A stretch of DNA of 64,000 bases from Scyliorhinus canicula. Lineage: Eukaryota. The stretch lies in the NCBI RefSeq assembly GCF_902713615.1, contig NC_052151.1, forward strand, positions 220,622,863 to 220,686,862. The letters run 5' to 3'. Positions 37,881-49,252 of this stretch are shown one piece after another (within the stretch, counting starts at the first letter, position 1; each line of letters begins with the position of its first letter). A model generated the notes under the pieces. The model saw only the letters and a program-made list of their open reading frames with translations, was not told where the DNA came from and ran no database searches. A program made the translations under genes and the position numbers.

Positions 37881-38167
37881 CGGCCCACTCGCCCCTCCCC
37901 CCCCCCCCCCAACTGCTGTGACCACCACGTGGCAAAGACAAAGGGACTCTCTCTCCTGGTTGAGTGGGGAAAAAAGAAAAAAAGAGACTTGTATTTCTGT
38001 TCTTCCCAAAAGAAAACTGGTAAAGAGAAAAGGGGTAGGGGAAATAAATTAAAAAAAAAAAAATATATCTATATATATATATATACATATATAGATATAT
38101 AATAATAAATAAAATAAAAATAGGGTGCGGAAAAGGGGGAAAAAGAAGAACAAGGAGAGAAGAAAAG

Positions 38168-39193
38168 ATGAAGGGGAAGGGGGAGAAAAAAGTGCCAGAA
38201 AGGAGCCAAGAGAAAGGGGGCACCGGAAGTAGACTGGGCAAAGGGAAAGCCAGCTCGGGCGAACGAGTCAACACGCGAAGCGGCGGGAAGGATGCTTCGC
38301 CGCATCCAGAAGAGCTGGACGGGCGGGCAACCTCTCCCCTGGGGTTAGAGGGGGGCGTGAATTGGAAGGAAGCCTTTGCCGAGGTGGTGAGGGAGCAGCT
38401 GCAGGCATTCAAGGCAGAGTTAAAAGCAGACGCAGAGGCCGCAGCACAGGCAGCAGCGACCAGGGCCATGTCAGGGGTGCAGCAGGTTCTGACCAGATTG
38501 GAGAAGAAAGTGGATGCCCAAGGGAAGATACTGGAAGCCCAAGGGAAGATACTGGAAGCCCAGGGGGCAACCATTAAAGAGCTGGAGAAGGCAGCGACTG
38601 ACGCGAGCGACCGGGTCATATCCCTGGAGAGGGGAATGGTGAAACTGAGTGCAACACAGGGGAGCCTGAAGGGCAGGGTAGACGACCAGGAGATCAGCTC
38701 GAGAAGGCAAAATATCAAGATAGTGGGCCTGCCAGAGGGGATAGAGGGTAGAAATCCCACAACATTCGTGGCTGCGATGCTGGGCTCCTTAGTGGGGCGG
38801 GAAACTTTTCCCACCCCACCGGAAATGGACAGAGCTCATCGGTCACTGCGCCCGAAGCCCAAGGAAGGGGAAAAACCGAGAGCAGTTATAGCCAGACTGC
38901 ACCGGTACCGGGATAGGGAGACAATCCTGCGCTGGGCCAAGGAGAATAGAGCCTGCAATTGGGACGGGCACGCCATCCGAATCTACGAGGATTTTGGAGC
39001 GGACATAGCTAAGAGACGGGCGGAGTTCAACAGAGCGAAAGCAGCTCTCTATAAGAACAAAGTACGTTTTGGTATGCTGTACCCAGCAAAACTCTGGGTC
39101 ACATACCAACACAAGGAATATTTCTTTACAGCCCCTGCCGAGGCGAATAGATTCGTCGAGGAGCACGGGCTGGAAAAACGCCATGGGAAGTAG
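38168..39193 (+). CDS. L1 ORF1p (coiled coil, RRM, CTD), 341 aa
   Basis: Intact ORF; heptad region, then SRRQNIKIVGLPEGIEG, MDRAHRSL, PRAVIARLHRY, IRIYED, GMLYPAKLWV motifs. Confidence 0.93.
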   Translation: MKGKGEKKVPERSQEKGGTGSRLGKGKASSGERVNTRSGGKDASPHPEELDGRATSPLGLEGGVNWKEAFAEVVREQLQAFKAELKADAEAAAQAAATRAMSGVQQVLTRLEKKVDAQGKILEAQGKILEAQGATIKELEKAATDASDRVISLERGMVKLSATQGSLKGRVDDQEISSRRQNIKIVGLPEGIEGRNPTTFVAAMLGSLVGRETFPTPPEMDRAHRSLRPKPKEGEKPRAVIARLHRYRDRETILRWAKENRACNWDGHAIRIYEDFGADIAKRRAEFNRAKAALYKNKVRFGMLYPAKLWVTYQHKEYFFTAPAEANRFVEEHGLEKRHGK

Positions 39194-39964
39194 GGACGAG
39201 GGGCCCATGGCAAGGAGACACGTCATGCCGACGGGGGGGTGGGGAGGGGCGAGGCAAAGCCAGCCCCCTCCCCCCTGGCAGAAACACCCAGAACGGAAAA
39301 CAACCCAATGCCCTAGGGCCCGCTCCAGGTGGGAGGCCAGGCCCCGGCACGAGGGAACGGGAGTACTGGAGAGGGGAGAGGGGAAGCGGGACAGCAACCT
39401 CCGAGAGGGGAGCCACCGTGCTAGCAGGAAAGCTAGCGAAGGGGGCGCGCAACAGAGCAGGGCCGCAGCGCACCCCCAACAGGGGGGAAGGCGCCAGGCA
39501 GGGGAGGGGGGGGGATCACCCATCAAAGGTGGGAGAGCAAATGGGGACAGGAATGGGGGAGAGAGGGGCAATGGAGGGGTACACAGGGGTATCCCCGAAA
39601 GGGATAGAGCGGGGGGGGGGCACCCGGGGGGCGAGAGACCAGGGAGGGGAAACGCAGGGACGAAGGGACAAAAGAGGCCAGTAAGGGAATCGGCCACAAA
39701 GTGCCACAGACAAGGGCTCGAAACAGGGAACTGCTGCAAGCACCCACCCAGTACGGTCTGTGGGTGAAGGGCCCCCCCGGAGTGCAGGGGACTACCCGCG
39801 TGGCGGACACAAAGTGGACGGCCATGGCGGGTGTCCCCGGGACAAGGGGGAACCCCGGAGCGCAGGGACCCGACCGCATGGGGAGAGCAGTGATAGTGGA
39901 CATCCTGGACGGCCCCCTAACATAGGGAAACCCCAGAGGGCAGGGGCGCGTCCACCGGACAAAT

Positions 39965-42900
39965 ATGGTTAACCCCACAGGAGCAAGGGGGCAGAAGCCC
40001 CCCACCAGAATAGTCACCTGGAACGTAAGGGGACTTAACGGCCCAGTGAAGAGATCTAGAGTCCTCACCCACCTTAGAAACATGAGGGCCGACATAGTCT
40101 TCCTCCAAGAGACGCACTTGAGGGAGCGGGACCAACTGCGGGTAAGAAAGGGCTGGGTGGGACAAACCTATCATTCCTGTTATGGGGCAAGGGCCAGGGG
40201 GGTGGCGATCCTGATTGGCAAGAGGACAATGTTTAGGGCGACAAAGACGGTTACGGACCCAGGGGGACGGTATGTCATGGTCAGCGGGGCCCTGGATGGG
40301 GCGCCGGTAGTTCTAGTTAACGTGTACGCGCCCAACTGGGACGACACGAGCTTCATCCAAAAGACCATGGCAGAAATCCCGGACATAGCGACGCACCGAC
40401 TAATCATGGGGGGGACTTCAACTGTGTACAGGACCCAACGACGGACAGATCAAACCCCAGAACGGGGAAAACCTCAAACATGGCAAGGGAACTCAGCCAC
40501 TATATGGAGCAGATGGGAGCAGTAGACCCCTGGAGATTCGCCCACCCGGGGGAGAAAGAATTCTCTTTCTTCTCCCCAGTACACAACGTGTACACCAGAA
40601 TTGACTTCTTTGTGGTGGGGAAAACGGTGCTTCCAGAGATAGACAAGGTGGAATACTCCGCAATTGTGATATCAGACCACGCTCCACACTACATGGATGT
40701 GCGGCTAGAGACGGGAAGGGCCCAGCGCCCCAAATGGAGGTTGGACGGTGCCTTACTAGCTGACAAGGCCTTCAGCGAAAGGATAGCGCAGGCCATAGCG
40801 GAGTACACTGAGATCAACCAAAACGGGGAGGTCTCACCCTCCACGTTCTGGGAAGCGCTTAAGGCCGTACTAAGAGGGGAAATCATAGCCTACAAAGCGC
40901 AAAGAGATAGGGAGGAAAGGGTGGCTAGGCAGAAGCTGGTCGACTCCATACTGGAGGTAGACCATAAATACTCCGATGCCCCGACTGTAGAACTCCTGGC
41001 GGAGAGAAAAGAATTACAAAGGAACTTTGACCTGCTCTCCACCAGGAAAGCAGTACACCAACTCCGCCAGGCACGCGGGGCCCTATACGAACACGGAGAC
41101 AAAGCCAGCCGCCTGTTGGCCCACCAGCTGAGAAAGCAGGCAGCCAGCAGAGAAATCGCGCAAATCAGAGATACCAGAGGCACGTTGGAAACAGAACCAG
41201 AGAAGATTAACAAAACCTTCAAGGCTTTCTACCAAGAGCTGTACACCTCAGAGCCCCCAACGGGGAAGGCTGGGATGAACCGGTTTCTTGACGGACTGAA
41301 CATACCAGTTGTGGGAGAGGGCAGAAAACGGGATCTGGAAGCACCACTAGCACTGGGAGAGATCATGGACAGCATTAGCTCCATGCAGGCGGGGAAGGCG
41401 CCGGGACCGGACGGATTCCCGGCGGACTTCTACAAAAAATTTGCGACAGCGCTGGCCCCGCACATGCGGGAGATGTTCACAGACTCGCTAGCTAGGGGCA
41501 CGTTGCCACCCACGTTAGCACAGGCCTCAATCTCGCTGATACCTAAGAAAGACAAAGACCCAACGGAATGTGGGTCATACAGACCCATATCTCTGCTGAA
41601 TGCAGACGCCAAAATACTGGCCAAAATCCTAGCCAAAAGGCTAGAAGACTGTGTACCTGAGGTGGTCACAGAGGACCAGACGGGCTTTGTCAAAGGTAGA
41701 CAGCTGACCGCGAACATCAGGCGCCTGCTGAACGTGATAATGACCCCCTCCGGGGAGAGAACACAAGAGGTGATCGTCTCCCTGGACGCAGAAAAGGCCT
41801 TCGACAGAGTCGAATGGAAATACCTCATAGAGGTACTGGAGCGGTTCGGGCTTGGAACAGGGTTCACCGCTTGGGTAAAGCTCCTGTACAACGCTCCCAT
41901 GGCGAGTGTACAGACCAACAATACCAACTCCCAATACTTCCAGCTGCACAGGGGCACCAGACAAGGATGCCCACTGTCCCCGCTGCTGTTCGCACTAGCA
42001 ATCGAACCGCTAGCAATCGCGCTCAGGGCAGCAAAAAATTGGAGGGGGATCCGAAGGGGAGGTAGAGAGCACAGAGTCTCACTCTATGCGGATGATCTGC
42101 TCCTCTATATCTCGGACCCACAAAGCAGCATGGACGGAATCATCGCGCTCCTGAAAGAGTTTGGAGCCTTCTCGGGCTACAAACTCAACATGAGCAAAAG
42201 TGAGATCTTCCCATTACACCCGCAAGGGGGGGGGGGGGGCAGCACTAAAGGGGCTGCCGTTCAAACAAGCCCGACATAAATTCCGCTACCTGGGGATCCA
42301 AATAGCCCATGACTGGAAAGGGATCCACAAATGGAACCTCACCAGCCTGACGGAGGAAGTTAAAAAGGACCTGCAAAGATGGAACACACTCCCGCTCTCC
42401 CTCGCGGGGAGAGTTCAGACGATCAAAATGAACGTACTGCCCAGGTTCCTCTTCCTGTTTAGATCCATTCCGATCTACATCCCCAAGGCCTTTTTCAAAG
42501 CGCTGGACAAACTCATCATGGCGTTCGTATGGGGGGGTAAAAATGCTAGGATCCCAAAGAAGGTCTTACAAAAAACAAAAACCAGGGGAGGGTTAGCCCT
42601 CCCGAATCTACAATTCTACCACTGGGCAGCAACAGCCGAGCGAGTAAGGGGATGGATCCAGGAGCCAGAAGCTGAGTGGGTGCGTGCGGAGGAGGCCTCC
42701 TGCATGGGAACCTCCCTCCGGGCCCTCGCCACGGCAGCACTCCCATCCCCACCCAAAAAACACTCCAGCAGCCCAGTGGTGACAGCCACCCTCCAATCCT
42801 GGAACCAACTGCGGCAGCAACTTGGCCTGACCAAAATGTCGAACAGGGCTCCCATCTGCAACAACCATAGGTTCAAACCAGCACTGACCGACGCCACCTT

Positions 42901-43792
42901 CAAAAGGTGGAGGCAGGACGGGGGGACACTGACAGTCAGGGACCTATACACGGACGACAGGATCGCAACACTGGACGAACTGACAGAGAAATTTCAGCTA
43001 GCTGGGGGGAACGAGCTACGGTACCTGCAGCTCAAAAACTTCCTACGAAAGGAGACAAGGACGTACCCACAACCGCCACGACAGACACTACTGGAAGACC
43101 TACTGGACGCAAGTATCCTAGAGAAAGGGAACTGTAGTGACATGTATGACCGACTGGTAGATAGGGACGACACCGTACTGGACGCAACAAGGAGGAAATG
43201 GGAGGACGACCTGGGGATGGAGATCGGGTGGGGACTCTGGAGCGAAGCACTGCATAGGGTCAACTCCACCTCCACGTGCGCAAGGCTCAGCCTGACGCAA
43301 CTAAAAGTGGTACATAGGGCCCACTTAACAAGAACCCGTATGAGTAGGTTCTTCCCGGAGGTGGAAGACAGATGTGAACGGTGCCAAAGAGGCCCGGCCA
43401 ACCACGCCCACATGTTCTGGTCCTGCCCCAGACTCGTGGAGTACTGGACAGCCTTCTTCGAGGTAATGTCCAAAGTGGTGGGAGTGAGGGTGGAGCCATG
43501 CCCGATAGTGGCGGTCTTCGGGGTTTCAGAACAGCCAGATCTATTCCTGGGGAGGAGGGCGGATGCCCTTGCCTTTGCCTCCCTGATCGCCCGCCGTAGA
43601 ATCCTGTTTGGCTGGCGGTCAGCAGCACCGCCCAGAGCTGCGGACTGGCTGTCCGACCTCTCGGAATCTCTCCAAATGGAGAAAATCAAATTTGCCATCC
43701 GAGGGTCGGACGACGGCTTCCACAGAACGTGGGAGCCATTCATGCGACTGTTCCGGGACCTATTTGTGGCCAATGTACAAGAGGAAGAATAG
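39965..43792 (+). CDS. L1 ORF2p (APE endonuclease, RT, Cys-rich end), split by two homopolymer frameshifts
   Basis: IVTWNVRGLN, FLQETH, VNVYAPN, MGG|DFN (G7 at 40408-40414), SDH, GKAPGPDGF, YRPISLLNAD, DAEKAFD, GTRQGCPLSPLLF, YADD, G14 at 42226-42239, C-terminal CERC...HMFWSC. Confidence 0.92.
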
Positions 43793-44660
43793 TCGGGGGA
43801 AGGTAGCGGGAGGGGGGGGGGGGGGCTACAGGTTCGTTACGGGGGTTCGATGGCTAGCTAAGGCCCAAAACCAAGCTAAATAAACATGTTGAGGGGGGGA
43901 GGGGGGGGGGGCGCAGTTACTACTACGAAGATGCTTACCTGTAAATATGTGTGTTAATTTTTGCGTGTTTGTTTTTGTTTGTTTTTTTTTTCTCTCTCCT
44001 AACAATTTGTAATTTGTTCAATATAAAATACGAAAACTGAATAAAAACATTTATAAAAAAAAACAATGTTGCGTCACAGCTCCACATGCTCGAATCCGTT
44101 TTGGAGCACTGTTTGTGCGGAGACTGCATGTTCTACCTGTGCCTGCGTGGATTTCCTGCGGGTGCTCTTGTTTCCTCCCATAAGTCGCGAAAGACGTGCA
44201 GATTATGTGGGCTGGCCAGGCTAAATTGCCCTTAATGTCCACAAATATCTGATGGCGTTACTGGATAATGGGATAGGGTGGAGGTGTGGGCTTGGATTGG
44301 TTGCTCTTTCCGAGAGCCAGTACAGACTCTACGGGCCGAAATGCCTCCGCCTGCACTGTAAATTATATGGAATCTATAATCTATGAAAAATGTGCGGATG
44401 AGCACCTGCAATATCATAAAATCCAAAACTGTACCGGAATGTCGGATTAGTATAGATTTTGTGTTGTTTTGTCGGTGCAGACTTGATGGGCAGAAGGGCC
44501 TCGTCTGTATTGTATGACTCTATGAATCTCCCGCTATAACTTTAACTAGCAATCTACAGGCGGCTTCATCGTGGCTTCTTCTTCAAGTTTTGGAGGCCAC
44601 CGTCTCCAACATAAAATAGTATTTTGTTAAATCAGCCCTGCACCTGTTTGAGCCCCTCTG

Positions 44661-44952
44661 ATGACTGTCAGCGCAGTAAAAACCCGCACTGTCAGTCTGC
44701 AGGATGCTGACTATGTTCGGGCGGTACGACTTTGAGTCGCGTCGCGCTACTTAAAAACCTCTCCTGGCACCCCATTTGAAACGTGGACTCAGAAGCGACA
44801 ACAGAGGAGACTGTTAACAGCAGCCCTGCTCCGGAGTGACGGCGGTACCACTGCATGTTTATGTTTCTTGTGTCTTTCTCGTAACAGTGTATCTCCGGCT
44901 CCTTCCTTATGGCTGAACAGTTAGTGACGTTAAATCGCTTCACTGCAGTTGT
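44661..44952 (-). pseudogene. TRBV: TRBV pseudogene (D-proximal)
   Basis: IHCYEKDTRNINMQWYRRHSGAGLLL...ILQTDSAGFYCADSH with early stop and frameshift; RSS CAGAGGG-GCTCAAACAGGTGCAGGGCTGAT-TTAACAAAA (44622-44660), whose spacer matches that of the V at 48494; no leader found. Confidence 0.85.
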
Positions 44953-45049
44953 CTTGGGGACGGGTAATCACATTTTAGCAGTTTTCCAATATTTGTACCG
45001 CTTATTCGACCGCAAATAGATGATTTACACGCTCTTCCAATCTTACAGG

Positions 45050-45420
45050 CAAGGAGGTCCAGATTCCAAACACCCTCTGGATGAAAATGCTTTCCATCAC
45101 ATTCCCTCTAAACCACCTTAAATTGATGTCTCCAATTGATTGACTCATCTTCTAAGGGGAAATGTACATTCCTATCGAACCTATGTGTGCTCCTCAATTC
45201 GGCCCCGCTCAGACTAGGCTGCGCCATGAGTAAACGTCGGCCTATCCATTCTCGATTTCCAACCGAAATGTCCCAGCCCAGGCGACATCTTGCTGAATCT
45301 CCTCTGAACCCTCTCTCGTGCAATCACTCCCTTCCTGTAGTGTGGCGAACAGAAATACACACTGTACTCCAACTGTGGCCCAACGTGCTGTTTAAACAGC
45401 TCCAGCATAACCTCATGCCT
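45050..45420 (-). mobile_element. CR1 3' fragment
   Basis: ORF 45214-45408 LELFKQHVGPQLEYSVYFCSPHYRKGVIARERVQRRF. Confidence 0.75.
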
Positions 45421-45812
45421 TTATATTCCATAACTCGGCTCATAAACGCAGGTATTACATATGTCGTATCACAAGTGCTATAGTGAACTCATGTTACTCG
45501 AATTAAAGGGACATGAGTCGCACAGTCTTAAAGTGTCGTAAGTTTTTGATCTGGTTGCGCAATAGTGGTCCCTGCTGCTGAGGCCGAAAATCTGGATTCA
45601 ACGCGAATGAAGGTCGGCGGAAACGCGCGTTGATGACACGGCTGAACGCTGCTGTCTGAAACTCAAAGAAAACGGCTGAGTATCAATTTTTCAGTCATTC
45701 GACGTCCGCCAATGACGCGTTGAAGGCGAGAGTGATTCCTCCATAGACATGACATGGAAACACATTGGAGCCTCTACAATCACTATGTGTGCACCAATGG
45801 CCTCATAACTCT

Positions 45813-46050
45813 AGGGTCCCATGTTCGATTCCCGGCGTGGGTCACTGTCTGTGCGGAGTCTGCACGTTCTCCCCGTGAGTGGGTGGGTTTCCTCCGGGTG
45901 CTCCGGTTTCTTCCCACAAGAAAGACGTGGTGTTAGGTGAAGTGGATCTTCTGAATTCTCCCACTGTGTACCCGAACAGGCGCCAGAATGTGGCGACTGG
46001 GAGCTTTTCACAGTAATTTCATTGCAGTGTTAATGTAAACCTACGTGTGA
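45813..46050 (+). mobile_element. V-SINE variant with a different 3' tail
   Basis: B-box and V core like the other SINEs, but ends ...cacagtaatttcattgcagtgttaatgtaaacctacgtgtgacaataaagattattattat. Confidence 0.8.
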
Positions 46051-46371
46051 CAATAAAGATTATTATTATATATATCGCTCAAAGCGATGAGATGAACGCA
46101 AGGGTGTGCAATGCCATTGCAACAGAGATTTTTGGCAGTCGACGTGGCGGCGGGGAATGGGACATCGGTGCGGTTAGCCATTGTGGATTTGATGCATGCC
46201 AAAAGCACGGGACCCCCAACCTCGTTTTGTCTGCAGACTATTCAGGATCTGCCGCCTTACCCTACCTGGGATTCATTGGGTTGCGTTGAGGGTTAGACAG
46301 AATTTCGATCCGAGAACCCAAGACGGTGACTGAGTTTTTGTTTTACACCTGCACCCGTTCCGATCACTGTG

Positions 46372-46673
46372 ATCACTAGCAACGCAGTAATAAACCGCCG
46401 TATCAGTCGGATCCACGCGCAGTATTTTCAGGCTGCAGCTTTTGAAATCGGGCCTGGTGACTTCAACCTTTCCCGTGAAACTGTCCTCAGACTGAGGGTC
46501 AGAGCCGAAAGCTGATGTAATGATCAGTTGCAAACCCTCTCCGATCTTCTGACGATACCAGTTCATGTAGGTCTCGCTGGTGTCATTCTGGTAACAGTGC
46601 ATCTCCACTGTCTTCCCCTTTTCAACGGACATGCGGTTCCACCACTGTGTAACGAAAGCGCTTCGACAGCCAA
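46372..46673 (-). CDS. TRBV: TRBV exon (V-a), apparently functional
   Basis: 302 nt, acceptor tttctccccag|; (V)GCRSAFVTQW...MHCYQNDT..YMNWYRQ...DTAVYYCVASD; 23-RSS CACAGTG-23-ACAAAAACT (46333-46371). Confidence 0.96.
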
Positions 46674-47404
46674 CTGGGGAGAAACATGAGGAACAGATGG
46701 GATCAAAAATGAAGTGCGACGGCGAAGGTAGAGAGGATGCTCCGTCGCAACACCAGATAAATCCCAAACTTGTTCTGCTCCCAAGAGTCAGCAACCTGAC
46801 CTACGGACGGCAAGCTTCTGCTGAGAACAAGCGGAGACAGGCCCATGGCCTCAATACCGACTGCTCCGAGGCCGAATTTAAAACAGGGTTGTACAATCAC
46901 GCTGCTAACCATACCTCAATAATAAAAGTCTTACGACTTCCACCAGCCAGACTGCCCAGCGCCTCTTATTGTCGTGACAAATGTACCCTGATCCGTCGCC
47001 TCAGCTTTAAAATTCCACTGATATAAAAGGCTATATATATATAAATATATAATATATATATATATTTTTAAAACAAGGTATTTAGAAAACGAAGCAACTA
47101 TGCAGTTCAGAAGCTTAAGTCGGCGAATCGTTAGCTCTGTAAAGAGATTCGTTCCAATTAATCACACCTCCATGTTATTTGACAGTAGAGCAGCAAATCT
47201 GATTATGCTTAAATCATGATCCATGTATCTTTTGTGAACCGCGTCTGCAAGTGTTTCATCAGGCTACCAGACAACCGGCATTCCGCCATTCAAAGATTTA
47301 AACAGCGACAAATCTGACTGATAAAATCCTTTCTACAGAACCAAGAAGTAGATTGAGAAAAAAATAACATTCGCCTAACCAGTCATACAAGGATGAAAAG
47401 TAAC

Positions 47405-47450
47405 CTGGGAGCATCAGGAACAATAGGTGTTGGAAAATAATACGCCTCAT
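47405..47450 (-). CDS. TRBV: Leader exon of V-a
   Basis: MRRIIFQHLLFLMLP + G|GTTACT, 46 nt, phase 1; homologous to the other leaders. Confidence 0.85.
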
Positions 47451-47547
47451 GATGCCGGAGTGTGAACCTTCAGTGAACATCTAGACTCGGTTACCCTCCC
47501 ATGGACTGCACTCTGAACGCACTGCCACTCCGTTTTGGCCAGATTGT

Positions 47548-47560
47548 GGAAATTACGTCA
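47548..47560. promoter_or_regulatory. Vβ promoter ETS/CRE-like motif (V-a)
   Basis: GGAAATTACGTCA ~100 bp upstream of the ATG; identical motif upstream of V-c. Confidence 0.7.
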
Positions 47561-48259
47561 TTTCAGTAGCCAATCAAACGTCCCCTGCTTCATCGAAGCC
47601 AAGCGTATGCTTCAAGGTTGTGTTCATAAAGTCTTCTTGCAATGTGCAACGTTTTGTAGTTCCGTGGGTTGCTCAGAAGGGTTTGAACGGCCTACATCTT
47701 TGTGGCTTGTTCGTGAAGGCTCTGCGAAATCCTCCACAACTCGCTTCATGATTCACCCTCCAATTCACATCGCAACGTTACTCTCATTTCAAGCAGTAAT
47801 AACGGCAATGTGCAAGCAGGAATACTCTTCCTCAGCTGGATAAAACTAAGAGGAGATGCGATGTATATCTTTCAAATGATATAGGCTGTTTAGAGAGTAC
47901 AGGGGTCCAAACAGGTTCCTTTGAGTGGAGGGTAGAGTGACTAAAGGCGATTCGTCAAAAGGAAACGGAGGGGGTGGGGGTGCCCTTTTTATTTCAAATA
48001 ATTGAGTTTTCAAAAGCTGGAGTAAATTTCCTAACAGGCTAGAGGGAGCAGATTGAAAATAAATTGTGAGAGAAGATTTCGAAATATGTTTGAACAGGAT
48101 ATATTCAGAGCCGTTTTTGCACTGTTGAGACGCGTTGGCCTTTAGTTATCCACTCGGTGTTGTTCAGAAACGGGGAATATATTTAAGAGTGGACAGGGGT
48201 CTTTATATGTGCTGCTTCGTGAGGAGTCCGCTCACTGACTAACAGGGCGGCATGTTTTG

Positions 48260-48445
48260 ATCACCAAACAGAAACTATTGGATAATCGCAGATGGTCTGT
48301 CAGCATATGTGGAGAGAAAAGGCAGCTAACAGTTGGAGTCAGGAGGACTCTTTGTCGGATTTAACTTTGATATTGTCTGACCTGCTGAGGTTATCCAATA
48401 TTGTCTGTTTTTATTTCAGATTCCAGCATCCGCAGTAATATGATC
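48260..48445. mobile_element. Short Penelope-type hairpin element next to the V-b RSS
   Basis: Imperfect inverted arms (cagatggtctgtcagc... / ...gacctgctgag..tttttatttcagattccagcatccgcag) of the same family as 31420-31560 and 35385-35560. Confidence 0.6.
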
Positions 48446-48493
48446 TTGTCATCATGTTTTTGATGCAGCCCGGCACATGTTTGAGTCACTGTG

Positions 48494-48795
48494 ATCACTA
48501 GCAGCGCAGTAATAGACCGCAGTGTCAGCCGGTTCCACGTTCTCTATTTTAAGACTGCAGCGCTTTGTCTCCGTTCTGCTTCCTTTGAATCTCTCCGGTA
48601 CATCTCCTTCTCGGGTGGGATGTGAGGTTCCAATCGAAGTCATCAGGAGCTGTAACCTTGCTCCGGATTGCTGGCGATACCATAACATGTAGGTATCGCT
48701 AGTGTCGTTCTGGTAACAATGCATTTCCGCCGATTCCCCCTCTACAACGGACAATCGATTCGCCCACTGGGAGATGAGCGCGCTCCTGCATGTGG
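48494..48795 (-). CDS. TRBV: TRBV exon (V-b), apparently functional
   Basis: 302 nt; (A)TCRSALISQW...MHCYQNDTSDTYMLWYRQ...DTAVYYCAASD; 23-RSS CACAGTG-23-TCAAAAACA (48455-48493). Confidence 0.96.
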
Positions 48796-49090
48796 CTGAG
48801 GAGAAAAATGAAATACAGTTCAGATCAAGTATAATGTGGCACAACAATGACAGGGAGAAAGTCTTTGTCAAAGCTCACAACGAACCCCTCAGTTGCTTTG
48901 CACCTGAGCAGAGGAACTGAATGCAGAATACATTGTCTGTTTTCTTATTGATAACAGAATATTTGGCAGAGAAGTAATCAATTGTCTAACTGATCGTACT
49001 GATTGAAGAATTCCTTTAGCAACAAGTACCGATTATGCTAAAGGCCGTGTGAACCGAACGCCAAATCGCTCTGCGAGTATTAACCGTCAC

Positions 49091-49154
49091 CTGGAAGCAA
49101 CAACAACAGTGGGCATAGGTACACAGTGCACGTTATGGTCTGGGTTTTGAACAT
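49091..49154 (-). CDS. TRBV: Leader exon of V-b
   Basis: MFKTQTITCTVYLCPLLLLLP + G|GTGACG, 64 nt, phase 1. Confidence 0.82.
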
Positions 49155-49229
49155 CCTTTCAAACTTCCAAGTCGGCAGTGTTTACTGACTGGAGTCCTGT
49201 TTCCTTTGCACTTCGTTTTATGATGAGGT

Positions 49230-49252
49230 GCGGAAGTGATGTCATTGGAAGT
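49230..49252. promoter_or_regulatory. Vβ promoter decamer with overlapping ETS site (V-b)
   Basis: GCGGAAGTGATGTCATTGGAAGT contains AGTGATGTCA (49235-49244), matching the mammalian Vβ decamer AGTGAYRTCA, ~85 bp upstream of the ATG. Confidence 0.75.

Larger units (their letters stand above)
36667..44061 (+). mobile_element. Full-length L1 retrotransposon (~7.4 kb) inserted in a V-SINE
   Basis: 16-bp TSD AACAATGTTGCGTCAC (36651-36666 and 44062-44077), preceded by TT (TT/AA-type target); GC-rich tandem 5' UTR, ORF1, ORF2, AATAAA (44040) and A-tail; host SINE head 36631-36666 resumes 44062-44390. Confidence 0.97.

Noticed and set aside
36568-38814. Several 430-720 aa ORFs on both strands over the L1 5' UTR
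   Set aside because: They arise from GC-rich tandem repeats lacking stop codons; low-complexity Pro/Gly/Arg translations in overlapping frames.
46703-46912. Hydrophobic mini-ORF MGLSPLVLSRSLPSV as leader for V-a
   Set aside because: Poor donor (GTCAGG) and no similarity to the other leaders; the exon at 47405-47450 matches the family pattern and has the promoter motif.
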